Origin: Adineta vaga
Taxonomy: Eukaryota > Animalia > Rotifera
DNA: 64,000 nt
NCBI GenBank assembly: GCA_021613535.1
Contig: CP075495.1
Coordinates: forward strand, 1,488,001-1,552,000
Reading direction: 5' to 3'
Shown here: positions 1 through 11,223 of the stretch, one piece after another
How the letters are laid out: every line of letters begins with the position of its first letter
Numbering within the stretch: position 1 is the first letter of the stretch
The notes under the pieces: model-generated
Database searches by the model: none
Seen by the model: the letters and a program-made list of their open reading frames with translations, nothing else
What the model was told of the DNA's origin: nothing
Position numbers and translations under genes: made by a program

Positions 1-1014
1 TTTATATTTGATTTTTTTGAATAAATTCTGTTCAAGTTTAAAATGTTACGAATGTACAGGATATGTTCCATGTGGAAGCGGTCAAACTCATCTTTTAGTC
101 AATTGTCCTGGTAAATGTATCGTTTACAAAAATCAATACGATCAAGGTAATTCTTTTATTGAAAATATATAGAAAAGAAAGAAGTACAATTTCTTTATTT
201 CATTAATAAAAGGAATGATCATTCGACGTTGTTGCTATAGTAATTGTGGAAATGATGGAATGAATAGATATGAAGGACGAGATGCATATGTATGTTCAAC
301 TGATATGTGTAATGGAGATCAAGCTGATCCATATCTAGAGGGTGGAGGTGTAACTATAGATGAAGGTGGTGGTGTAACTATAGATGTAGGTGGTGGTATA
401 ACCGTAGAAGAAGGTAGTGGAGATGAATTTGAATCAACAACAACGATAATCATATCAACCACCTCGTCAACCACCTCATCCACCACTTCATCCACCACCT
501 CATCCACCACTTCATCAACTACCGCATCGACAGGTATTTCAAAAGAAAAAAAGAACATTTAGATAATGAATTTTTTTCATTTTAGTAACAATCAAAACAA
601 GTCAATCATCAAAAGTTAGTTGTCATGAATGTACGGGTCATTATTCCGGATGTGGAACTTCTCAACATACAATTATACATAATTGTCAAATGTGTATGGT
701 GTATAGAAATGTATGGGATGGAAGTAAGTTAGTTTATTTGTATTGTCAAAGAAAATCTTCGTTTTGTTTTAAGATACAATCGTTCGACGTTGTTGTTATT
801 CCAATTGTGGACCGGCGAATTCTGTTAATCAATATGAAGGACGACAAGCTTATTTTTGTGCATCTAATCTTTGTAATGGTATTGGTTCAGAAAATTCACT
901 TCCATCAACACGAAGTATAATAAATTCGAATATCAAAAGATGATTAGTATTATGTCATATTTTCGTTTCTTTTTAGGTCTATTTCTTTCAGGAGATTCAT
1001 TTCCAAGCAATTGA
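1..1014 (+). CDS. Secreted/surface protein with two Ly6/uPAR (three-finger)-like Cys domains separated by Gly-rich and Ser/Thr-rich repeats; 5'-partial
   Basis: Exons <1-146, 213-533, 586-723, 774-914, ~977-1014 (last exon uncertain). Reads ...LIFLNKFCSS-LKCYECTGYVPC...CIVY|IIRRCCYSNC...CSTDMCN, then (GGGVTIDE)x3-like and (TTSS)x5, then KVSCHEC...CMVY|IVRRCCYSNC...CASNLCN. LxCYxC start and CxxxxCN end are LU-domain hallmarks. Confidence 0.7.
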
Positions 1015-1332
1015 AGTCCATTTATTATCGATTATTTTTCTTTTTTTTTATGTGAATTCTATGTATGTATACTCGATTAATTTAAATAAAAGAAAATCAT
1101 TAATGTATTTTATTTAAATAAGCTTTGTTCAATATAGATAGTTTCATAATTATTTTCATGAGAAAATAATTCAATATAGATATCAAAGTCGATGACCCTC
1201 CCTTGTACTTTTATCTTCGACCTTGATAGTGCATTGATGTCGTAAAAACAAACCCCAGATGTGAATATATTCACATCAATCATAGATATATGATGATGAT
1301 GATGATATTTACAGATTTAGTTCGAATATTCA

Positions 1333-4006
1333 ATGATAAAATTATACGTGTTTGTTATTGTCGTACTTTGTCAACCTTTATTTTCTAAATGTTCGGTTGA
1401 GAAAGCAGAAGAAATATGTTCAACAAATAGTCAATGTGTTAATCTTCCGACAGGTGATGGAAGTTCAGTTGTATGTGCATACAATTATGCGACATGTAGT
1501 GATTTAATTCCTTGTATGGGTGATCATACATGTACACGTCCAAATACTGTTTGTGTTAAACATCGTTGTCATATTCAACCTATTTGTTATCCAAAAACGA
1601 TGACAACTCATACACTTTGTCCTCCGATTTCACGTAAGTTTATAATAATAATAACAACGAAAGTATGTATATTGATTTCTCTCTTATTGTTTAGCGTCCA
1701 ATTCTTCATGTTATTCATGTCAATGTCCAACACATATTGTTCCTGATTATCCCACACAATTTTGGCGTGAAACTCTTAAAACAAGTGGTACAAATCCATT
1801 TACTGATAGTATTGATTATAAAGTTTATCGAAATGTCAAAGATTTTGGTGCCAAAGGTGATGGTATAATTGATGATACACGTGCAATTCAAAATGCTATT
1901 TCAAGTAATAATCGTTGTTCAGCTATTTCTGCATGTGAAGGTTCAACTTCTGAACCTGGTCTTATCTATTTTCCTCGTGGAACATATCTTATTAGTAAAA
2001 GTCTTCAATTAGATTATTATACACAATTAGTTGGTGATCCATCTGGTGATCGATTACCAACAATAAAATGTTCAAGTAATTTCAATGGTGGTTATGTACT
2101 TGATGGTGATCCATACAATGCATGGGGAAATCTTGCATGGGGTTCAACAAATAATTTCTTTCGTGAAATTCGAAATTTACGAATTGATATGACTAGTATG
2201 AGTCCAGCACTTGGTACAAGTGGGATACATTGGCCGGTTGGTCAAGCAACTGCTTTACAAAATATCGTTATCGAAATGTCAACAGCATCGAATACTCAAC
2301 ATCAAGGCTTATTTATTGAAAGTGGTAGTGGTGGATTTATGAGTGATATTACTTTTCATGGTGGAAAAATTGGAGCATTTCTTGGTAATCAACAATTTAC
2401 TTCGAGAAATTTAGCATTCTTTGGATGTCAAACTGCTATTAGTCAGATATGGAATTGGAATTGGTTGTATAAATCTCTTTCGATTAATCATTGTGGTGTT
2501 GGTATTAATTTATCTGTGAAATCAGGAGATAAAGAATCCGTTGGAGGATTAACAGTATTAGATTCTCATTTTTATAATACGACAGTTGGAATTATTACAT
2601 CAGCTAGTGCACAATCACTACCTACAAGTGCAGGACAAATTCTTCTCGATAATGTTCATTTTGAAAAAACTTCAATAGCTGTACAAAGTCTATCAAATCA
2701 GGTCTTATTACCAGGAAATCAACAAATACATTCTTGGGGTCAAGGTCATATTTATATACCTTCTTCGAATACTTATACTTATGTTCAAGGTACATTGACA
2801 CCACCAGAAAAGTCTGCTGTATTACTTGATGGTGCAAGATTTCTTGAACATTCTAGACCTGAATTTGCCGAATATTCTGCTGATAAATTTATTACTGTCA
2901 AAAGTCTCGGTGCTAAAGGTGATGGAGTAACCGATGATACTGCCATAATTCAACAAATTATTAATACTTATGCATCAACAAAAATTATTTTCTTTGATGC
3001 CGGTGCATATGTTCATACAAGTACGGTGTTTATACCATCCTATGCAGTGATTGTTGGTGAAGTTGAATCGACAATAATGGCGAATGGTGCATTTTTTGGT
3101 GATGCAAAAAATCCTAAACCAGTTTGGTCCATTGGTCAACAAGGACAAACAGGTAATGTTCAAATTGTTGATATGCTTTTTTCACATAAAGGACCAGTAC
3201 CAGGTGCAATTATGATGCAATGGAATTTAAAATCAACTTGTGCAGGTAAATCCGGTCTTTGGTCAACACATTTTCGAACAGGTGGAGCAAAAGGTACTGA
3301 TCAATCACCATTGAATTGTATGAAATTAACAGGTGCTCATAAACGACCAGAATGTCAAGGTGCATTTCTTCAACTTCATATTACTTCTCGAACATCTCTT
3401 TACATGGAAAATGTTTGGCTATGGGTTGCTGATCATAATTTAGATTATCCTGATCATTCACAAATTGATATTTTTAATGCACGAACAATTCTCGTTGAAA
3501 GTGAAGGACCATTGTGGATGTATGGTACATCAGCTGAACATTCAGTTTTCTATCAATATCAATTTCTTAATGCTAAAAATATCTTCCTAGGACAAGCTCA
3601 AACTGAATCAGCTTATTTTCAAAGTGAACCACCTGCACCTGAACCATTTACATCTCTTGCTGCTTGGTCCGATCCGGTTTTTGATGAATGTACAGCAGGT
3701 GATAGTGGTTGCACGAAAGGATGGGGTTTAGATATAATTAATGGAACTAATATTTATATTTATAATGCCGGTTTGTATAGTTTCTTTCAAAATTGGAATA
3801 CAAGTTGTATTGGAACATCGGATAATAAATATTGTCAAGATGGAATCTTTCGAATTCGAGGTAATTCAGATAAAGTTTATCTTTGGAATCTTGAAACTGT
3901 TGGAGTTGAAAATATGGTTATTATCGATGGTAATATTAAAGTCAAAAGTAAAGATAATATTGGTGTTTTTCCTGATGGAATACTTGCCTATTTACCAACA
4001 AACTAA
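1333..4006 (+). CDS. GH55 exo-beta-1,3-glucanase (fungal type) with signal peptide and N-terminal Cys-rich module
   Basis: Exon1 1333-1633, phase-1 intron 1634-1694, exon2 1695-4006 in frame with ORF 2189. Motifs YKVYRNVKDFGAKGDGIIDDT, a second GAKGDGVTDDT (two beta-helix domains), STNNFFREIRN, IHWPVGQAT, WLWVADH, YGTSAEH (catalytic Glu motif), QTESAYFQ. Confidence 0.92.
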
Positions 4007-4054
4007 AATTTTGAAAAAATTATTCTTTTTTTTATGGTGACAGAGTTTTGTGCA

Positions 4055-4176
4055 TAGTTGTTTAATTCAACTTCAAATATAAATGATGATTCTAGTCATT
4101 ATTTTTCATAGATAAAGATTTAGACTTTGTTACTCATAAATATAATTTGGAATTGTAATGAATGGTAACCAAAATA
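4055..4176 (-). repeat. Dispersed ~150-bp AT-rich repeat, copy 1 (inverted, internally deleted)
   Basis: Reverse complement matches 27643-27791 and 39974-40130 (shared ...ttatatttatga...atgaaaaataatgactagaat...aagttgaat...). Confidence 0.8.
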
Positions 4177-4280
4177 AAACGATGATTATTCTATGGAAAC
4201 ACTCTAGCTCAAGTTTCGTGATTTATTAATATGAAAAGAAAAAGAATCATTGAAAAAACAGATAACGTCTATAAATGAAA

Positions 4281-5692
4281 TTAGAAACCACATTGTGCAC
4301 ATAAAATACCGATTTTTTCATCATAAAATTTCTCCTTCTCATCAATAATATGACGACATTTTGAACAAACAAAACAATTGATATGATAATTTTGTCCTTT
4401 AAATGTTGTATAACGTTCAAGAATTGATCGATTACATTTCGCACATTTTGGTGTAAAATATTTCTCATGACAATCACGACAACAAGGTTTATTATCCGCT
4501 TGATAAAATTTACTTTCATACATTATTTTTTCACAATGACCACAACGAAAACAATCTGGATGATAAATTTTTCCCTGATAATTCACTGATTTACCAACAG
4601 TTATTGTTTTGAAACATTGTTGACATTGTGGAGCTATATTTTTCTCATAACATTGATTACAACAAGGTTTAGAATTATTTGTATGAAATCTTGATTCAAT
4701 TATCGGACGATAACATTGACCACAACGAAAACAATCGGGATGATATTTATTATCCTGATAAATTACGGCTTTTTCAGATATTATTGGTTTTAAACATTGA
4801 CAACATTTCGATGCAAATTTCTCTTGATAACATTGTTCACAACAGGGATGATTATCATATGTTGGAAATTCCATTTCTCGTATAACATTTTGACAATGTG
4901 GACATTTAAAACAATCTAAATGATATTTATTTCCTTTGTATGTTGTGTATCGTCCTGATGGTATTTTTTGTGAACATACATAACATTGAGATGCAAATTT
5001 ATCGTCAAAACATTGATTACAACAACGTTTAGAATTTTGAATATGAATATTTACTTGATCAATTAATGATCGACGACAATAATCACAATTAAAACATTCT
5101 CGATGATAATCATGTTCTTCAAAATGAACATATCTTTCAATTGTGATGGATTGTTGACAAACATTACAAATTTTTGCTTTTGCTAATTGACATTTTTTAC
5201 AAATTGGTCCGCCATTATCATCGACGAGATATGTTGTCTCCGTATTTAAACCAAGATTTTCATGACAAATAGAACATGTAAAGCAATGTCGATGATAATT
5301 CCGATTGTTAAATTTAATATCATTATCAATTTGACCATTAATCATTCTTCCACATTTGAAACAATCATCAACACGACTCTAATGATAATCATAAGGAAAA
5401 AGAATGCGTGAATTTATATTCTTCAATCTTACTGTTCTTGTTAGTGGATTGATGATCAATTCGGTTTTATAGACCCTATCTGATGAAGGATTATTTGTAT
5501 AGATTGGTTGTCGTGTTTCAGGTACTAGAGGACGAGGTGGTGGTGTTGGAGGCGGAGGCACCCGAACAGATGTTACTACATCTTCTCGATATGTTCGTGT
5601 TTCCGGAGTAAATCGCTAGAAGATTCTTTCTCTATATTCATAGATTTATTTTCCAAGGAAAAACTTACTCGAAGATTTTGGTATGTATTCAT
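4281..5692 (-). CDS. Six-LIM-domain protein (FHL/limpet-like) with Pro-rich N-terminus
   Basis: Exons 5692-5669, 5615-5433, 5378-4281. Six CxxC..HxxCFxCxxC..CxxC units. Confidence 0.9.
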
Positions 5693-6647
5693 TTTCGATT
5701 AGAAAAAATTCTTTTATTCTAAAAGAAAAAAACAAAAACATAGAATGTCTATCATACATTTGTAGAATAAATCAATGAGGACAATATATTTTGGTATGTC
5801 AATTTTACTCACTCGATAATATATGGTAATAAAATTACATATAGAAAAGGTCGAGAGTTTGATACTTGTAATATATGTTTAGATATGAATATAAAACAAA
5901 AAGAAAACGTCGTTTTATGTTATTTTCTTTACATTTTTTTTTGTAAAACATAAAAGAAAGAAACAGAATGTTGTTTTTCGATTTGACGAGCACCTACAAA
6001 TGCTGATAAAAGAAATAAAAAAGTATATATAACATCTTACGAAAAGAAAAACATTCCTTTTTCGTTTATCTAGTTCTAAGATAGGCTTTATTATTTCATA
6101 ATCATAAAATCATGTTTTACAACCTATGAATCACATAGAAAGAAGAACTTTTATCAACGCCTACAGAAAATAAACTGATAGATCTTTAGAAAGATGAACT
6201 GTACGATGAATTTTTTTGTTGTTGTTGATAATATTATTCAATAAACTTTTGTCAACATACACCAGTTTATTGCTTATAAAAACCATCTGTGAAAATATGT
6301 CTATGCCGAAGTCCTTCAGGCGAAAATCTGTAATATATTCAACAAGAATATTCTCACTTTGTGTAATTCTAAAATCATATAGTATTGTTCAGATGTGCTT
6401 TTATTTTTATTCCTCTGTTGAGAAAAATAAATAAATGACACAAGATCTCGTATGTTTTTGTTTTCCTTATTATATATAACAACTAATTAGGAAAATACAA
6501 GGAGAATTCGTCTAAAGTTACTCGATTTTATTCGTTAAATCAAATCAGTTTTTCTTTTTAATATGTATTTATTAATAAATATGTGACATTAAAGCAATTA
6601 GGTTCGTTTTTCTTGTTGCAATTAATAATAGGTTTGGTCAAGTTTTG

Positions 6648-7155
6648 TTATTTTTCAGTTGAATATTTTTCTTTTATTTGTACGCTACGACGTATTCGTT
6701 CGGTTTTTGTTGGAGGTGCCGTTGATGATGATGATGTCGATGGTTTTGATGGTGGAGGTAAAGTTGCAATGAAACTTCGAGCTAGAATATAATATTAAGT
6801 AGAACTATTTGAATCTGAATAAATAGAATTTACTTGATGCAACTTGTTTTTTATGTGCTTCAATTTCTTTTCGTTCTTTCATTTTATCAATTGATCCTAC
6901 TTGATAACCAATTTCTCGTTCAATCTGATGTGTTTGTCTTATTTTAGCAAAACGTCGATGACGTTCATTTTCAAATGCTTCTTCATCGTCATAATCATGT
7001 GTTATTAAATATGCAGATTGTTCACGTTTATATTCTGAATCCTTTTATGATTTAGAAAACAAAACAATAAGATACTTTAAAAAGAAAGAACTTACTTTTG
7101 CTCGTAAAACAGCTTCTTTTTCTAATCGTGTGATCTTTTTCGAAGCTCCTGGCAT
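6648..7155 (-). CDS. Small charged hypothetical protein (~130 aa), three coding exons
   Basis: MPGASKKITRLEKEAVLRAK|DSEYKREQSAYLITHDYDDEEAFENERHRRFAKIRQ...|TRSFIATLPPPSKPS...STEK*. Canonical GT-AG introns keep the frame. Missed by the ORF track. Confidence 0.7.
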
Positions 7156-8260
7156 CTTTAGTTGCTTATGTATGACGTGAATTCTTCTTTATCTTCTTCT
7201 GCAATGTTATATATGACAAAATACATACGACTGAGATGATGGATTTTCTTTTCTCTACTTCTCCTTCGTTTTCCAAGTATGCAATTACGGTCAGAGACGG
7301 TTTGTACAAACATCGAGACATGAAATGGAAAGATCGAAGAGAAGAAAAGAAAATATGATAACGTGGTTCTGTTCTCTTTCATCTTCAATAATAGAGAAGA
7401 ATTCTTCGACGACAATATACGCAAGAACGACAAAGTTAGACTAATACAACTGTTTACATGCAGTGAAGCAAAGAAATATAGAAGATTCTCAGCAAGGAGA
7501 GGTTAATCCATAAGTGATTTCTTACCCTTTTGTACATACATCCAAATATTCGATTTTATTTTCATGATTTATTAAATGACCTTGGATGTCATATTTCATT
7601 CATTCAGTATTGTATTTAATAATGCAAATCATCTGAGAATCTTAATGCACATTTCATTTATTCATTGCAAAAGAGTTTTAATTTAAAGAAAAAAACAACA
7701 GCATTTCTCTTGATATAGTTATTCGCCTAAATCTACAAAAATGAGCGAAAAAATTTAAATTTCAGGTTTAATTCCTTTGTCAAAACAAGTTTTCATATAA
7801 CGTTAGTTTCTTGCTGTTGTGAAAGAAAATAAGTGTTTTACGTCATACATAAAGTCATCAGAGATGATGACGTCGTAGAAAATTTCGGCGCACTCAATGG
7901 AATCTATAAAATCAAGCAAAACATCTAATCCGTCTGGCAAAAAGGATTTCAATGAATCAACTAAATTGAATTGAACAATCAAAAATTTCGAAATAGTTCA
8001 TAATTCTATATTCTTTTCATACATTTTCTTCATTCTTGTATTCTTACAAGTTATTCTATTCTTCAATTCCCTATTACGACAAGTAAATGAGTTTCTTGAT
8101 TTTGTCGATCGAAACGTGGGAGCAAAGAATAAAAAAGCAACATAACTTATATTTTTTGTTTCATTCGATGCTTTCTCGACGAATTTATTCAATTGTTTGT
8201 TGGATAAAAGAATAGTATATAAAAATTTTCATTATTTATAGATCGTGCTACATATTAGAT

Positions 8261-9067
8261 ATGCATATTGCTTTCAAAATTCTTATTGGTGTTGGAATTG
8301 CAGCAGTGATTATAGCGATAATTGCTATTCCAGTTGGAGTCACAGTAGCAACAGGTATTTCTATCGCACTTTTCTTCTAATAGAGATATGATGATCTTAC
8401 ATGAGTTTTTTTTTCTTTATTAGGAAATAGCAATTCATCTGGTACGTCAGGTATGAATTTTTCTATTTATTAATTCTATTGATCTTCTATAATTACAAAT
8501 AGGTGGTAGTTCAAGTAGCTCAGGCAGCTCAGGTATGCTACAATACTTCTGATTTTTCTTTACGTTAATGAAAGGTTTTTTTTCTTCTAAAAAATAGGAC
8601 TCTCTTTATATGGTATACGTACTAATCTTCAACCTAGTTCAATGGGAAGTGGCTGGTCTTTATGTTATTCAAGAACCTATGCTACTTTAATGAGTTCAGG
8701 TACTCTTGGAACTACATTAACAGCATGTAACAAATCGAAATTATTACTTGGCTGTAAATCAACAGGTAGTTCAACCTTACTCCTCGCTGCTATGGGTGAT
8801 CGAAATGATGTTCTTTTTAATTGTGGCGTTACATCTTCTTGCAAAAGAATTGCTAATGGTGTTTCATGGTATTATTCAAGTATGCTTTCGTGGGGTTTTG
8901 CTGGTGCAACAGATACAGTAAATCGTAATCCATGCGATCTATCTACAGCAAATCCAAGTGATCGTTTGTGTTGGATTACTACTAATAATGGTGGCTATCG
9001 ATGTGGAGCAGTGACAGGACTTCAAACATCTACAACATACGAAAAAGTTATATATCATTCTGATTGA
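8261..9067 (+). CDS. Type II membrane/secreted protein: N-terminal TM helix, Gly/Ser linker, Cys/Trp-rich extracellular domain
   Basis: Exons 8261-8354 (MHIAFKILIGVGIAAVIIAIIAIPVGVTVAT), microexons 8424-8450 and 8503-8532, then 8598-9067 (GWSLCYS..LLLAAMG..ANGVSWYYS..SWGFA..RLCW..GGYRCG). Confidence 0.8.
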
Positions 9068-10569
9068 ACATCAAAATGTTTAATCGAGGGTATGGGTGTC
9101 TTTCCTTTTGATTAAACCCATACCTTAACCTTTACTCTAAAGACTTTTATCGTCATATGCAAATTCATTTAAAGTACAAACAGATGCTACAACTAAGATC
9201 ATAAAGTATTTATAGAGATTATGCCACTATCATTGTTAGATATTCAATATTAATTGAAATGATAATCTCAATAAAAGCTTTTGAGTGTGTAACTTGAAGA
9301 GAATGAGAGAAAAGTGATCATTTATTGCAAGAAATCATCATTGGGTTTAAAAAAAAACGTTTTTTTCCATTGGCAGCAGATCAATTGCAACAATATTTAA
9401 GGACAAGACGTTTTTCTTTGCTAGCTTGCCGATTTGAATCATTTATTCGGAAGCAGAACGTTGTATGATTTTTACAAAATTTAGTAAAGCGTAAAGGAAA
9501 ACTTTTACTTTAAATTTGTGTGACATCGTCTATATTTAATAGAACAGCGCTTCAAAAACATTTTCCATGTGTGCATTCTTATCGTTACATTTAATTGTTT
9601 CGTTTTCTGTTGTTTTGGCCCATTTTCAAATAATATCGATACATTTAATAAAGATTTTCTATAGACAAGTATTTATGTTTATAAAGCTTCGACATCTCCC
9701 TATTGTAGATAATAAAATTTCTCTTGGGACAACATATTTTTGGCCATCCTGTAGCAAGGAGAAGGTATATATAAGAGAAAAATTGAATAACCGCTTACTG
9801 TACGTGGAAAAACAAAGAGGGTTTTCTATTATGAAAAGATCTTCTAATATAGGGGTCCTTCAATATGTTCAAGACATACTTGCAAGTTAATGACGTGTAA
9901 TCTTTTTACCATCTTCTAATTCCATTTATTCCGACATGTATATATGCAATCGTCTTCTGAGAACAGAGTGAGTAAATATCCGTCATGTAGGTTTTAATGC
10001 ATTGAAAACTAGATGTTTATGTAGGAAGACATGGTAATAGATAAAACTTTATCATCCTCGATAGTTACTGTATTCGATTCAAGTGTTCTTTGGAAGTATT
10101 TTTTCAAATGTCCGACAAAGCTGTAACGACCATTTCCTTCACGTCCGAGTAGCATAGAACATTTTGTTTTCATTTGTATTCGATCGTCCAAAGCCGAAAA
10201 TTTAGCTCTAAATAGTTTCATAAATACCGCTGTAGAAACTCACAGATATATCACCGTCTGACATAATCGGTATAAAACGCACCATTTGATCAAAGACTTT
10301 TGAATTGATATCTTTTCGACTTTGAAGAAATGTGCAAAATCTTCGAAGAGAAGATCAGAACATACGTGAACGAATTGTTATACTTATACCAAATTCGTAA
10401 ACAACTAAAAATATGTGAGAATAATTCATTTTCATCATCTTTTTCCCTAATACATTTCATAAATGTTTTTTTTTAGATGTAGAATAATATTTATTCAAAG
10501 TCTTTCTTTTACAAACTGAACATGTAAATAGTTATTACATTGACAATAAATATTTAAAAATCGATGTAA

Positions 10570-11190
10570 TCAAGTAGAACATTTTTCTCTTATAACTTTT
10601 AAAACCTCTGGAAGTTGATGGCCCATGAAATGACCACGGCGTGGTAATTCAAGATATTCAGATTTTAATTTATCAGCCACAAAACGTCCTTCATCAACTG
10701 GTATACATTTATCACTAGGTGAATGTAATTGTACAATAAATCCAGCATTCGATCGCATTACATCCCAATTCCTTCAAATATTTCATTTTACTTCGTATTT
10801 TTCTAAGAACTAATAAACTTACCAAGGTCGATTATAATATTCACTTGCTCTTTCATTCTCATCACCTAAATCTGTATGACATGCTGCAACAAGAATTACT
10901 CCACGTACTTTATCTTTTTCAATTAAACGCATTATTGCTTCGCATCCTGAACTATGTCCAACTAAAATCGTTTTTTCATCAGATTTAAGTGTATCCCGAA
11001 TGAATGGTAACCAATATGATTCACGAGCAGCATGAGGATCGGGCATATCTTCAAGAATTACATCAAATTTACCAGATGGATCTTTCTCGAGATGTTCTTT
11101 TAACCAACTATACCAATTGCAATTTTCTACAGGTGTACATCCCATACCTGGTATGATAAGAATACGTTGTCGTTCATTATTGGTTGTCAT
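10570..11190 (-). CDS. RBBP9: RBBP9/YdeN-family serine hydrolase, duplicate copy
   Basis: Exons 11190-10823, 10771-10570. IIPGMG, NWYSWL, MPDPHAARESYWLPF, GHSSG nucleophile, catalytic D (SPSDKCIP) and H (GHFM). Confidence 0.88.
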
Positions 11191-11223
11191 CTGAAATTTT
11201 CATTATAACAACAGAAATTACTA

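Noticed and set aside
319-558. Antisense ORF with (VVDE)n repeats and other short shadow ORFs
   Set aside because: Antisense or alternate-frame shadows of real exons.
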